This document shows, piece by piece, positions 40,273-50,324 of a stretch of DNA of 64,000 nucleotides (its first letter is position 1; every line of letters begins with the position of its first letter). The stretch is from a virus. The position numbers were made by a program, and so were the translations under genes. The DNA lies in IMG/VR virus record IMGVR_UViG_3300017779_000001. One strand, 5' to 3'. Below the pieces are notes generated by a model. It searched no databases and had not been told where the DNA came from. It saw only the letters and a program-made list of their open reading frames with translations.

Positions 40273-41796
40273 ATGGAATTATTTGGATTCGAGATAACTC
40301 GTAAAACAGAAACACAACAGGGGAAAGAGAAAATCTCAGCCCCTTCATTCGTACCACCAGTTGAGGATGACGGAACACCCGTTATTCAACAACAAGCAGG
40401 GTATGTCTCAGGTGCAGCTTATGGTGCATATGTGGACATGGAAGGTGGTATCAAAAATGAGGTTGACCTCATTAGAAGGTATCGTGAAGTATCATTGATA
40501 CCCGAATGTGACTCTGCTATTGAAGACATTGTCAACGAGTGTATCACTTCTGATGTCAAGGATAATATAGTATCACTTGATTTGGGTAAAGTAAAGTTGA
40601 CTGCAAGTATAAAGTCAAAGATACAAGAAGAATTTGATTATCTTCTACACCTAATGAAGTTCCCTCAGAACTCTCATGAACTATTCAGAAAATGGTACGT
40701 TGATGGAAGAATATACTTCCATAAAGTCGTGGACAAAAATAATGTCAAGAAAGGTATTGTGGACTTGAGAAACATCGACCCTCTCAAAATTAAGAAGGTC
40801 AGAAACGTTGAGAAAGAAAAAGACGCAAAAACCAAAATCGAAAAGATTAAGAAAGTTGAAGAGTTCTTTATGTTCAATGATAAAGGATTCAACAAGACAG
40901 GTACCAGTGATGGTACAACTATGAGGATTGCACCCGAGGCAGTAACATATACAACATCGGGACTATTAGACTATAGTAAAAATGTAGTGATAGGATATCT
41001 TCATAAAGCATTGAAGACTGCAAATCAGTTATCAATGATGGAGGATGCACTTGTAATATACAGAATCACAAGAGCTCCTGAGAGAAGAATTTATTACATT
41101 GATGTAGGTAACCTTCCGAAAGCAAAAGCAGAACAGTACCTTGCAGATGTGATGAACAAGTATAGAAATAAACTTGTTTACAATGCAGCTACAGGGGAAA
41201 TCAAAGACGACAGAAAACATATGTCGATGATGGAAGATTACTGGTTACCACGTAGAGAAGGTGGTAGAGGTACAGAGATAACAACTTTGCCTGGCGGTCA
41301 GAACCTTGCAGAGATTGAAGATGTTGAATACTTTAAGAAGAAGTTATACAAGTCTTTAAGTGTACCAATATCTAGATTAGAATCCGATGCTGGTTTCTCT
41401 CTAGGAAGAGCATCAGAGATTAATAGGGATGAACTTAAATTTAACAAGTTCACCAACAGACTTCAAATGAAGTTTTCTAGATGTTTCACTGATATCCTAA
41501 GGACTCAGTTGATACTAAAGAACATAATGAAACCCGATGAATTTGACGGTGTTTCAGATTTTATTAAGTATGATTTTGCATCAGACAACCACTTTACAGA
41601 GTTGAAAGATTCAGAAATCATAAGAGAGAGGATTGACACTATGCAGAATATGTCAGAACTCGTAGGTAAATATTACTCTATCGATTATGTTAGAAAGAAT
41701 ATTCTCATGCAATCAGAACAAGAAATTGAGAAAATTAATAAACAGATAGAGTCAGAAAAAGAATTAGGTCTTTACGGAGATGACGAGGAGTACTAA
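40273..41796 (+). CDS. gp20: portal protein gp20
   Basis: FRKWYVDGR, YRITRAPERRIYYIDVGNLPK, EDYWLPRREGGRGTEITTLPGG. Confidence 0.98.
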   Translation: MELFGFEITRKTETQQGKEKISAPSFVPPVEDDGTPVIQQQAGYVSGAAYGAYVDMEGGIKNEVDLIRRYREVSLIPECDSAIEDIVNECITSDVKDNIVSLDLGKVKLTASIKSKIQEEFDYLLHLMKFPQNSHELFRKWYVDGRIYFHKVVDKNNVKKGIVDLRNIDPLKIKKVRNVEKEKDAKTKIEKIKKVEEFFMFNDKGFNKTGTSDGTTMRIAPEAVTYTTSGLLDYSKNVVIGYLHKALKTANQLSMMEDALVIYRITRAPERRIYYIDVGNLPKAKAEQYLADVMNKYRNKLVYNAATGEIKDDRKHMSMMEDYWLPRREGGRGTEITTLPGGQNLAEIEDVEYFKKKLYKSLSVPISRLESDAGFSLGRASEINRDELKFNKFTNRLQMKFSRCFTDILRTQLILKNIMKPDEFDGVSDFIKYDFASDNHFTELKDSEIIRERIDTMQNMSELVGKYYSIDYVRKNILMQSEQEIEKINKQIESEKELGLYGDDEEY

Positions 41797-41981
41797 TGAG
41801 TAATGTAAAAGAAATTGTTAATGGAATAGAACGTGGTGAATTAAATGATGCAAGAGAACTCATCAATCAGACACTTAGTCAGAAAGCTGCAGAAGTGGTT
41901 GATATGAAAAGAGTCGAACAATCTATGGATTGGATGAATGCATCTGAAAATCAAGAAGTACCATTAGAGTCAGAAGACTAA
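41796..41981 (+). CDS. small prohead core protein (gp67 position)
   Basis: short acidic ORF coupled to the gp20 stop; synteny. Confidence 0.55.
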   Translation: MSNVKEIVNGIERGELNDARELINQTLSQKAAEVVDMKRVEQSMDWMNASENQEVPLESED

Positions 41982-42277
41982 TGAAAACGTTCTCTCAACT
42001 TACAAGAGACTTATATGAGGTAAAGATGTCTTTACCCACAGGTCATAAAGAAGTTAAAGTAGAGAAGATGAGAGTTGGTGGTAAAAATTATGATATCACC
42101 TATTCACAAAAGGGTCGTGAGGTATTTGCATACGTCAACGATAACGAAACAGGCCCCTATAGGAACATGAAAGAAGCAGAGAAGTCAGTAAAAGAAATGT
42201 CTAAACTGTTCAAACAAATGAACTTTGAGGGAGTAAAAATAGAGGAGATTTTCAATGAAATTAATTTCAGAGTTTAA
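41981..42277 (+). CDS. prohead core protein (gp68 position)
   Basis: synteny between gp20 and gp21; MKTFSQL...LYE N-terminus resembles capsid-targeting leaders. Confidence 0.5.
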   Translation: MKTFSQLTRDLYEVKMSLPTGHKEVKVEKMRVGGKNYDITYSQKGREVFAYVNDNETGPYRNMKEAEKSVKEMSKLFKQMNFEGVKIEEIFNEINFRV

Positions 42278-42902
42278 CGATATAGTTACACCTATCTGTG
42301 AATCAAAAGAAGATGGGAGTAAGGATTACTTCATTGAAGGGATTTTTATTCAGTCAGAGATTAAAAACAGAAATGGAAGAGTATATCCAAAAGAAGTAAT
42401 CAAAGAAGAAGTTGCACGTTACAATAAAGAGTTCGTACAGAAACAACGTGCATTCGGAGAGTTAGGTCATCCCGATGGCCCAACAATCAATTTGGACAAA
42501 GTGTCCCACTTAATTCAATCATTAGAAGAAGATGGTAACAATTATGTAGGACGTGCAAAAGTTTTATCTACACCAAACGGGCAAATCGTCAGAAACCTCA
42601 TTGATGACGGTGCTAAACTTGGTGTTTCATCTCGTGGTCTAGGTTCCCTAGAACAAAAGAATGGAGCTCAATACGTTAAAGATGACTTTCAATTAGCAAC
42701 AGCTGGAGACATTGTTGCTGACCCATCCGCTCCCGAGGCATTTGTCGAAGGGATAATGGAAGGTGTTGAATGGATTTTCGAAAACGGTGTACTAAAAGCA
42801 GTGGAAGCAGAAAAGATGAGAGACCAACTTATGTCTGCAAAACTGAATAAATTAGAGGAAACAAAGTTAATTATATGGAAAAAGTTTGTTGAAAGTTTGT
42901 AA
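42255..42902 (+). CDS. gp21: prohead protease gp21
   Basis: NRNGRVYP, GELGHP, GVSSRGLGSL, DIVADPSAP. Confidence 0.97.
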   Translation: MKLISEFNDIVTPICESKEDGSKDYFIEGIFIQSEIKNRNGRVYPKEVIKEEVARYNKEFVQKQRAFGELGHPDGPTINLDKVSHLIQSLEEDGNNYVGRAKVLSTPNGQIVRNLIDDGAKLGVSSRGLGSLEQKNGAQYVKDDFQLATAGDIVADPSAPEAFVEGIMEGVEWIFENGVLKAVEAEKMRDQLMSAKLNKLEETKLIIWKKFVESL

Positions 42903-42904
42903 GA

Positions 42905-42921
42905 TATAAATAATATAAATA
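42905..42921 (+). promoter_or_regulatory. tandem late promoters (two TATAAATA)
   Basis: TATAAATA at 42905 and 42914, upstream of gp22-gp23. Confidence 0.75.
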
Positions 42922-42949
42922 CAATAAACAGACCATAACAGGAGAAATT

Positions 42950-44326
42950 ATGTCTAACTTAGAAAAAATGATAGCAGAGGAGATGAAAAAAGACAGTTCT
43001 GCACCTGTGGCGAAAGCCGAGAAGGGTGATGCAAAACCAGTCAAACAAGGTTCATCAGACGCTGCTGTAATTGGTTCAGGTAAGGGCGAGATTGTTAAGC
43101 CTGAAGAAAATCCTGTTGACAAAGCTGTTAAATCCGTAAAAGGTGCTGAGGCTGGGTCAAAGGAAATTTCAGGAGACCCACAACAGAAGGGTGAAGCACC
43201 TGCCGAAAAACCAGTTCAATTAAAGAAAGTAAAAGAAGAAGAAGATTCTGAAGAGTCAAAACCTTCAAAAATGGAAATGATTAAGTCTATGGTTTCATCA
43301 ATGAAATCAATGGATAAAGAAAAACTCATGGCAATGTATATGAAGTCATCTAAAGATATGGAAGAAGAAGTCGAAGTATCTGAAGATTCTACTAAAGCAG
43401 AAATTGCTAGAGCATTCGTTGAAATGATGAAGAAGAAAGACGAAGATGACGTAGAAGAGTCATTCAACTCTTTATTTGTCGAAGAAGAAGACAAAGAAGA
43501 AGAGGACGAAGACGAAGATGAAGATGAGAAAAAAGAATCAACTAAGAAAGAAGAAGTCGAAGTTGAATCATCTCTCGTAGACATCGAAGTCGATGAAGAC
43601 CTAGCTGCAATATCTGAATCTCTAGAACTTTCTGAAGAGAATACAGAAAAAGCAAAAACAATTTTCAAAGCTGCAATCAACTCGAAGGCAGCAGAAATCA
43701 ACGAACAACTCAAGTCTCAATACGAGCAAGAGTTGAAAACCACGGTTGATTCCGTCAAATCTGATTTGACTGAAGCAGTTGATAAGTACCTTTCATATGT
43801 CGCTGAAGAGTGGGCATCTGAAAATGAACTTGCAATTGAACGTGGACTAAGAGCGGAAATGACTGAAAACTTTATCGAAGGTCTGAAAACATTGTTCACT
43901 GAACATTATGTTGACGTACCTGAAGACAAGTATAACGTTATTGACGAACTTGCAAATAAACTCGATGACATGGAACTAAAACTCGATGCAGAAGTATCTA
44001 AGAATATGGATATTTCAGAAGAGATGGATTCATTAAAACGAGCTAACGTGGTCAGAGAAACTAGTGATAGTCTATCCGATTCACAAGCTGAAAAACTATC
44101 TGCATTAGCAGAAGGTGTAGACTTCAAAAGCATCGAAGACTTTAGTGATAAAGTTAACGAGTTGAAAGAAGCTTACTTCCCTGCTACTGAAACAGAAAGT
44201 ATTTCAGAAGAAACCCTAGAAGTAGAAGGTATGGGTACTCTTGAAGAGGAATCTTCAGAACCAGTACTTGACCCTTCAATGTCTAGATATGCTAGCGCAT
44301 TAAGTAAACTAAAACCATTAGGTTAA
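42950..44326 (+). CDS. gp22: prohead scaffold protein gp22
   Basis: very acidic; KAKTIFKAA, VDKYLSYVAEEW..ENELAIERGL, FIEGLKTLFTEHYVDVPEDK. Confidence 0.92.
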   Translation: MSNLEKMIAEEMKKDSSAPVAKAEKGDAKPVKQGSSDAAVIGSGKGEIVKPEENPVDKAVKSVKGAEAGSKEISGDPQQKGEAPAEKPVQLKKVKEEEDSEESKPSKMEMIKSMVSSMKSMDKEKLMAMYMKSSKDMEEEVEVSEDSTKAEIARAFVEMMKKKDEDDVEESFNSLFVEEEDKEEEDEDEDEDEKKESTKKEEVEVESSLVDIEVDEDLAAISESLELSEENTEKAKTIFKAAINSKAAEINEQLKSQYEQELKTTVDSVKSDLTEAVDKYLSYVAEEWASENELAIERGLRAEMTENFIEGLKTLFTEHYVDVPEDKYNVIDELANKLDDMELKLDAEVSKNMDISEEMDSLKRANVVRETSDSLSDSQAEKLSALAEGVDFKSIEDFSDKVNELKEAYFPATETESISEETLEVEGMGTLEEESSEPVLDPSMSRYASALSKLKPLG

Positions 44327-44345
44327 TTTCAAGGAGAAATAAAAA

Positions 44346-45656
44346 ATGTTCTTATCAGAAGATTTACAAAAGAAATGGGAACCTATCTTAGAGCATTCCG
44401 ATTTACCAAAAATCGAGGATAACTACAAGAGAGCAGTCACAGCTGTTATCTTGGAGAACCAAGAGAATGCACTTAACGAAGATAGAGCAACCTTATCAGA
44501 AGCAGCTCCATTGAATGCAACTGGTTCAAGTGCAATTAGCAACTGGGAGCCAATCCTTATATCATTGGTTAGAAGAGCAATGCCAAATCTCGTAGCTTAC
44601 GACATTTGCGGTGTTCAACCAATGACTGGCCCGACAGGTCTTATCTTCGCTATGAAAGCAAGATATAACGACTATCCATCAGTGGGTAGAGAGGGTAAAT
44701 CAGAAGCATTAGGAATCAACGAACCCGTTTCATCATATTCAAGTGCAGCACAATCATCAGCAGCAGGCGCACAGCAAGCTGCAATCGGTGACCCATTTGA
44801 TACATCATCACCATCATACGAATCAACAACTGGTTCAGGAATGTCTACAGCAACAGCTGAAGCATTAGGTGATAGTTCATCAAATAGTTTTGCAGAAATG
44901 TCTTTCACAATTGAGAAAGCAACTGTTACTGCGAAATCAAGAGCACTTAAAGCTGAATACACATTAGAATTAGCACAAGACCTTAAAGCAATTCATGGTC
45001 TTGACGCTGAGTCAGAACTTGCTAACATTCTTTCATCAGAAATTTTAGCAGAAATTAATAGAGAAGTTGTAAGAAGTGTTAACCTTCAAGCAAAAACTGG
45101 AGCAGAAGATACTGCATCAGCCGGTACATTCAACCTAGACGTTGATGCTAACGGAAGATGGTCAGTAGAGAAGTTCAAAGGTCTATTATTCCAAATCGAA
45201 AGAGAATCAAACAAGATTGCTAAAGAATCAAGAAGAGGTAAAGGTAACTTTATCCTATGTTCTTCAGACGTAGCATCTGCTCTTTCTATGGCAGGAGTAT
45301 TAGATTATGCACCAGCTTTAGCAACTAACTTAAACGTAGACGACACAGGTAATACATTTGCTGGTGTTCTTAACGGAAGAGTAAAGGTCTATATAGACCC
45401 TTATGCATCTGTTAACTACCTAACAGTTGGTTACAGAGGTTCAAACCCATACGACGCAGGTATGTTCTATTGCCCTTACGTTCCATTACAAATGGTACGT
45501 GCAGTTGGTGAGAACACATTCCAACCAAAAATCGGTTTCAAAACTAGATATGGAATGATTTCAAATCCATTCGTAGGTGATACACCTTCAAGTGGTCTTG
45601 CATCAAATGGTTCTAACTTCTACTATAGAAAAATGGCTGTAAGCAATATTCTATAA
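44346..45656 (+). CDS. gp23: major capsid protein gp23
   Basis: LVRRAMPNLVAYDICGVQPMTGPTGLIFAM, KSRALKAEYTLELAQDLKAIHGLDAE, FQPKIGFKTRYG. Confidence 0.99.
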   Translation: MFLSEDLQKKWEPILEHSDLPKIEDNYKRAVTAVILENQENALNEDRATLSEAAPLNATGSSAISNWEPILISLVRRAMPNLVAYDICGVQPMTGPTGLIFAMKARYNDYPSVGREGKSEALGINEPVSSYSSAAQSSAAGAQQAAIGDPFDTSSPSYESTTGSGMSTATAEALGDSSSNSFAEMSFTIEKATVTAKSRALKAEYTLELAQDLKAIHGLDAESELANILSSEILAEINREVVRSVNLQAKTGAEDTASAGTFNLDVDANGRWSVEKFKGLLFQIERESNKIAKESRRGKGNFILCSSDVASALSMAGVLDYAPALATNLNVDDTGNTFAGVLNGRVKVYIDPYASVNYLTVGYRGSNPYDAGMFYCPYVPLQMVRAVGENTFQPKIGFKTRYGMISNPFVGDTPSSGLASNGSNFYYRKMAVSNIL

Positions 45657-45671
45657 TTAAAAGTTTAGACT

Positions 45672-45992
45672 TTTTAAAAGGACTCTTCGGAGTCCTTTTT
45701 TTTGTTTAGTGACTCTAATCGTTCAATGTCTTGGGGATTAACCCAATTCTTTACACCGTGTCCTTCTAGTGAGGCCTTACCCCAATTTTATCTAGGTCAA
45801 TAGGTAGTGACCATAAAGAAATTCGTTTACCATACTTTCCCAATTCGTCAAAAATTTCAAGTACTTCTCTGTTCGGATTCTATCCACACCTCACGATTAT
45901 ATGCCACGTCTTAATTGACTTTAACAGTGTGAACACCTTTTCTATACGGAACAACCTCTCACAACCAACTTACTTCCGTCTCGATTTCCTAC
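45672..45992 (-). ncRNA. candidate non-coding RNA (about 320 nt)
   Basis: bounded by a phage early-type promoter and the gp23 terminator; no ORF over about 31 codons found; several local stems. Confidence 0.4.
45676..45703 (+). terminator. intrinsic terminator after gp23, probably bidirectional
   Basis: AAAAGGACTC-TTCG-GAGTCCTTTT stem with cUUCGg tetraloop; T8 on + strand, T4 on - strand. Confidence 0.92.
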
Positions 45993-45998
45993 TTTACT

Positions 45999-46028
45999 AG
46001 TATACCAAAAAGTTAGGTACATTGTCAA
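45999..46028 (-). promoter_or_regulatory. sigma70-like early promoter (minus strand)
   Basis: TTGACA-ATGTACCTAACTTTTTGG-TATACT; same architecture and 18-nt spacer as the promoters at 57477, 58212 and 60823. Confidence 0.75.
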
Positions 46029-46086
46029 CCTAAATACAAGGTAAAGAATAATCTTTACATTACACATACACACACAGGAGAAAAAT

Positions 46087-46305
46087 ATGAGTAATTCAGG
46101 AAAATCGGGGTTCGAAATCAGAGCCGACTTATTATCACAAGCAGAAGGACTATTGTCTCTTAATTATCAGAGGGAGGTTGACGCTATCTATATGCATAAC
46201 GAAAACAATCCTAATAATAAGAAACCTTTACCACTAAGAGAAATCACTGGTGAAGAAGTTATACAAACTGCAAGAATGTTAAATGAGTTTGTAACCGAGA
46301 AGTAA
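46087..46305 (+). CDS. conserved hypothetical protein
   Basis: KSGFEIRADLL...EEVIQTARMLNEFV; SD CAGGAG. Confidence 0.7.
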   Translation: MSNSGKSGFEIRADLLSQAEGLLSLNYQREVDAIYMHNENNPNNKKPLPLREITGEEVIQTARMLNEFVTEK

Positions 46306-46319
46306 CTATAAATACTACT

Positions 46320-46556
46320 ATGGACAAATACAAAAAACAAGTTACTATTAGTGAAGGGCCGTTCGAAAGAATTGGATTTCCTAATGGAGTTGAAACCAAA
46401 AATGTTTTATCTAGACAGATGAAAACAATCTATGTTCAAGATGGATATTTGTGTGAGTCTATAGTAGACCGTGAATACAGAGATGGTGACTATCATGACA
46501 CCACAAAGAACATTAGGGTAATCAAACTAAATGACAATAAACACATCAGTTCTTAA
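46320..46556 (+). CDS. hypothetical protein
   Basis: ORF 5 nt after late promoter TATAAATA (46307-46314). Confidence 0.6.
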   Translation: MDKYKKQVTISEGPFERIGFPNGVETKNVLSRQMKTIYVQDGYLCESIVDREYRDGDYHDTTKNIRVIKLNDNKHISS

Positions 46557-47058
46557 TCGAAATAATTTTCGATTTCTAATCGACAGAATTCCAAACGTGG
46601 AATACTTTTGTAGGACTGTACAATTACCAGGCTTGTCATTCACAGAAACAATACAAGCTGCTGGGGTTGGATTAGATGCATATTTTCCAGGCGACAAGTT
46701 AGAATTCGAAACACTTCAAGTGCAATTCTTAGTCGATGAGGATATGGCAAACTTCACTGAGTTGTATAACTGGATGACATCTATCGTCCCGTTAGACCCA
46801 AAGAACTATAACCCAGCAAAATCTGCTGAGACCGATACACTTAATCGTTACACTTCAAATGAATTCTTAAATGAAATATCGGATGCATCATTAGTTGTAA
46901 ACACAAACAAAAATGTTGCAAATAAGTTTATCAGATTTCATGACATATTCCCTACATCTTTAAGTGGTGTAGAGTTCCAATCAGGTGCAGATGGTGAAGC
47001 TGTAGTATGTGATGTAACCTTTAGAATAGGTAGATATACCATAGAAACAAAGTCATAA
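46531..47058 (+). CDS. gp3: tail tube terminator/completion protein gp3
   Basis: NFRFLIDRIPNVEYFC..VQLPG, PGDKLEFETLQVQFLVDEDM, FPTSLSGVEF; precedes uvsY. Confidence 0.9.
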   Translation: MTINTSVLNRNNFRFLIDRIPNVEYFCRTVQLPGLSFTETIQAAGVGLDAYFPGDKLEFETLQVQFLVDEDMANFTELYNWMTSIVPLDPKNYNPAKSAETDTLNRYTSNEFLNEISDASLVVNTNKNVANKFIRFHDIFPTSLSGVEFQSGADGEAVVCDVTFRIGRYTIETKS

Positions 47059-47098
47059 ATACCTATACAAAATACACCTTTTAGGGTATAATTATATT

Positions 47099-47542
47099 AT
47101 GAATCTAGAACAATTAAAAGAAGAATGGAACAAAGATACTCAGATTGATGACATCGAATTAGATAAATCAAGTCTTGAGATTCCCAAACTTCATGCAAAA
47201 TACTCAAGTCTGTTATCAGACAAACTAATTACACTTAAGAAAATACAATTCGAATTATCCAAAATTACCAAACTGAAATGGTTATGGTACAGTGGTAAAC
47301 TTTCACAAGAAGAAATAAAAACATTGGGATGGGAAAATGACCCATTCGATGGTCTTAAAGTAATGAAGTCAGACTACAACTATTACTTCAATGCAGATGA
47401 GGATATTCAAAACTTGAATGGTAAAATCGAATACCTAAACGTCTGTATACAATTCTTACAAAAGTGTATGGAGAACATCACTTGGAGACACCAAACAATC
47501 AAGAACACGATTGATTGGAGAAAATTTATGGCAGGTCAATAA
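47099..47542 (+). CDS. uvsY: recombination mediator UvsY
   Basis: WNKDTQIDD, SLEIPKLHAKY, WLWYSGK, IKNTIDWRKF. Confidence 0.92.
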   Translation: MNLEQLKEEWNKDTQIDDIELDKSSLEIPKLHAKYSSLLSDKLITLKKIQFELSKITKLKWLWYSGKLSQEEIKTLGWENDPFDGLKVMKSDYNYYFNADEDIQNLNGKIEYLNVCIQFLQKCMENITWRHQTIKNTIDWRKFMAGQ

Positions 47543-47543
47543 A

Positions 47544-48218
47544 ATGATTTTAGAAAACAATTGTATCATCTTAAATGAATACTTAACACCCGAAGAAGTT
47601 GCAAGAATACATGCATCTTCTGATACTATTCCATGGGATGAGGGAAGAACAGGTGGTAATCAAGATGACCCCGATGCATCAGGAGAAACAGAAGATGAAC
47701 ATGGGTTAAACGAAGACTTGAGAGTATCTCAAATTAAGTGGTTCGACAGAGACCATTTCATTCCACAAGATATAAACAACAAAATTATTGAAGGATTACA
47801 GATTGCAAATCAAAATGCAGATTGGAATGTGAATATAGATTATTTCGAAAACTTCCAATACACATCGTACACTGCAGATAGAGGTAAGCCTGGATTCTAC
47901 ACATGGCACACAGACCATGGTGGAATGAAAAATCAAGATGGTACTATAAGAAAATTATCAATTACCATACAACTAACAGAACCCGATGAATATAACGGTG
48001 GTCATTTTCAATGGTTAGAACCTGTGAATGAATTCAATCAGTTGACAAATGAGAGGGTAGTTGATGTACATAAGATGATACATACTGCACCTTTCAGTGC
48101 AAAGGCAATAGGTACTATGATTGTATTTCCATCATTTGTATACCACCAAGTAACACCAGTAACCATGGGGACAAGAACTTCTTTAGTAGGGTGGGCATGT
48201 GGACAACCATATGTGTAA
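47544..48218 (+). CDS. 2OG-Fe(II) oxygenase (PKHD/prolyl-hydroxylase-like)
   Basis: FYTWHTD, RKLSITIQL..PDEYNGG, FPSFVYHQVTPVTMGTRTSLVGW; start moved to the ATG right after the uvsY stop. Confidence 0.85.
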   Translation: MILENNCIILNEYLTPEEVARIHASSDTIPWDEGRTGGNQDDPDASGETEDEHGLNEDLRVSQIKWFDRDHFIPQDINNKIIEGLQIANQNADWNVNIDYFENFQYTSYTADRGKPGFYTWHTDHGGMKNQDGTIRKLSITIQLTEPDEYNGGHFQWLEPVNEFNQLTNERVVDVHKMIHTAPFSAKAIGTMIVFPSFVYHQVTPVTMGTRTSLVGWACGQPYV

Positions 48219-48221
48219 TTC

Positions 48222-49619
48222 ATGGTCGTATCAGCAAAACTAGACGAAGTATATCTACAAGTATCTTGTGAACCATCCATTGCAAAGGAACTTCATCAGT
48301 TCTTTTCATTCAACGTCCCTAATGCAAAGTTCATGCCATCATATAAAAACAAATGGTGGGATGGGAAGATATACTTATTTTCAATCAAGACAGGTAAACT
48401 CTACCTAGGACTTCATAAATACTTAGAATTATTCTGTGAGGAGAGAGGGTATGCTTACAAAACTGATATTCGAAAGTCTAAGGAGACGACAAAGGAGGTT
48501 CTTGAGAAACACATCAGTTCTCTTAACGTTCCTTTTAGTCCTCGTGATTATCAATTCGATTCTGTTCTAGACTGTATAAACTCAGAACGTAAACTACTAG
48601 TATCACCAACTGCAAGTGGTAAGTCATTCATCATCTATCTATTACATAGATGGTATCAAAAAAAATCATTAATCATAGTACCAACAACATCTCTAGTAGA
48701 ACAGATGACTAAAGATTTTGCAGACTATGGTTTCAAAGAAAAAATTTGTAAGGTCTATAGTGGTCAAGATATTTTTGAATCAAATGTAACTATTACTACA
48801 TGGCAGTCATTGAGTAGATTACCAAAAGAATATTACAATACATTTGATGTGGTTTTCGGAGATGAAGCTCATTTATTTAAAGCTAATGTTCTGAAGGGTA
48901 TCCTTGAAAAGATGAAAAATGTAAAGTACAGATTCGGTACTACAGGTACACTTGATGGTTCAGAGGTACATAAGTTACAACTAGAAGGATTGTTTGGTGA
49001 AGCAAAGAAGGTTATCAGTACTGATGAATTAATGCAGAAAGGTACCGTTGCAAAGTTAGAGATAGATTGTCTGATACTTAAACATCCAAAACAAAAGAAG
49101 ATGAAGTATCAAGACGAAATGGATTACATTGTTTCCAATCAGAAGAGAAATGAGTTCTTATGTAATTTAGTGTTCAGTCTGAAAGGGAACACACTAGTGT
49201 TATTTCAATATGTAGAAAAACACGGACAAGTTTTATATCCTATGTTAGATAAACGGGTGAAGAACTTACACTATGTTTACGGTGGTACAGATGCAGTAGA
49301 CCGTGAAGAAGTCAGAGAGAAAGTAGAGAAAAGTAATAACAGTGTAATACTTGCATCATACGGTGTCTTCTCTACAGGGGTCAATATTAAAAAGATAAAT
49401 AATATTGTATTTGCAAGTCCTACTAAATCAAGGATTAGAAATCTACAGTCTATAGGACGTGGTCTTAGAGTGTCAGATGATAAGAAGGACTTGAAACTTT
49501 TTGACATTGCAGATGATTTACAATGTGAGAATTATACACTTAACCACTTGAAAGAAAGAATAAATATCTATAACGAGGAGAAATTTGTATACAACATGCA
49601 TACAATTAACTTAAAGTAA
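48222..49619 (+). CDS. uvsW: DNA helicase UvsW
   Basis: WDGKIYLF, PRDYQ, SPTASGKS, GDEAH, GTTGT, QSIGRGLR. Confidence 0.96.
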   Translation: MVVSAKLDEVYLQVSCEPSIAKELHQFFSFNVPNAKFMPSYKNKWWDGKIYLFSIKTGKLYLGLHKYLELFCEERGYAYKTDIRKSKETTKEVLEKHISSLNVPFSPRDYQFDSVLDCINSERKLLVSPTASGKSFIIYLLHRWYQKKSLIIVPTTSLVEQMTKDFADYGFKEKICKVYSGQDIFESNVTITTWQSLSRLPKEYYNTFDVVFGDEAHLFKANVLKGILEKMKNVKYRFGTTGTLDGSEVHKLQLEGLFGEAKKVISTDELMQKGTVAKLEIDCLILKHPKQKKMKYQDEMDYIVSNQKRNEFLCNLVFSLKGNTLVLFQYVEKHGQVLYPMLDKRVKNLHYVYGGTDAVDREEVREKVEKSNNSVILASYGVFSTGVNIKKINNIVFASPTKSRIRNLQSIGRGLRVSDDKKDLKLFDIADDLQCENYTLNHLKERINIYNEEKFVYNMHTINLK

Positions 49620-50104
49620 TGGTATCACCAAAAGACTTAATTAAAACACCCGAAAAATATCAAGTTGTAAAACTTAAAAACGGACTAGAAATAGTAGGTA
49701 TGACTGTGGATAAGGGAGACAGTATTAGTGTTACACTTCCTATGCATTGTTCACTGTTACCTTCTAAGTATCAACAGGGTCATACGGTGTGTCAATTTTA
49801 TCCTTACATCCCTATGACTGATGAACCAGTCGTATCAATTGAAAAAGAAACAATCATGGCAACGGTATCTCTTGCAAAACAATACATTCCTATGTATGAC
49901 CAAGCATGTGTGAGATGGAGTAATTGGGTAGAGACCGAAACTATTCCAGTCATCGATAGAGAACCCGTGGACAGTAGAAGTATTCATGACCGCGTCTCAT
50001 CACTCATGGAAGAAATGCAAGCTAGTGGTGAATACGATGACATATTAGATGAAGAGTTCGATGATTTCGATGTCGAAGATGTGTCCAAAAAAATAATACA
50101 TTAA
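49619..50104 (+). CDS. conserved hypothetical protein (between uvsW and gp55)
   Basis: VVKLKNGLEIVG N-terminus, acidic tail ending KIIH; synteny. Confidence 0.65.
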   Translation: MVSPKDLIKTPEKYQVVKLKNGLEIVGMTVDKGDSISVTLPMHCSLLPSKYQQGHTVCQFYPYIPMTDEPVVSIEKETIMATVSLAKQYIPMYDQACVRWSNWVETETIPVIDREPVDSRSIHDRVSSLMEEMQASGEYDDILDEEFDDFDVEDVSKKIIH

Positions 50105-50198
50105 TTTAATAAAATCAATATCTTAGGTTTTCTATTTGTCTAAATATGGGTGTAATAACCCTACCCTATATTAAATTATCACTGGAACCTATATTATA

Positions 50199-50324
50199 AT
50201 GACTGAATTAATTAAAAGAAAAATCCGTAAAATCGATACGCAAGACGTAGATAACTTCTTTGAGATGCTTTTGCTCTCTGTTATCTTTGCAGTTTGTGTA
50301 TTAGCTATTGCACCCATCGTATAA
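50199..50324 (+). CDS. small membrane protein (41 aa, not in ORF track)
   Basis: MTELIKRKIRKIDTQDVDNFFEMLLLSVIFAVCVLAIAPIV; its stop abuts the next ATG. Confidence 0.55.
   Translation: MTELIKRKIRKIDTQDVDNFFEMLLLSVIFAVCVLAIAPIV

Noticed and set aside
36052-45656. Introns, inteins or homing endonucleases in terminase, portal or capsid genes
   Set aside because: All are continuous and of ordinary length, with no LAGLIDADG, HNH, GIY-YIG or intein motifs seen
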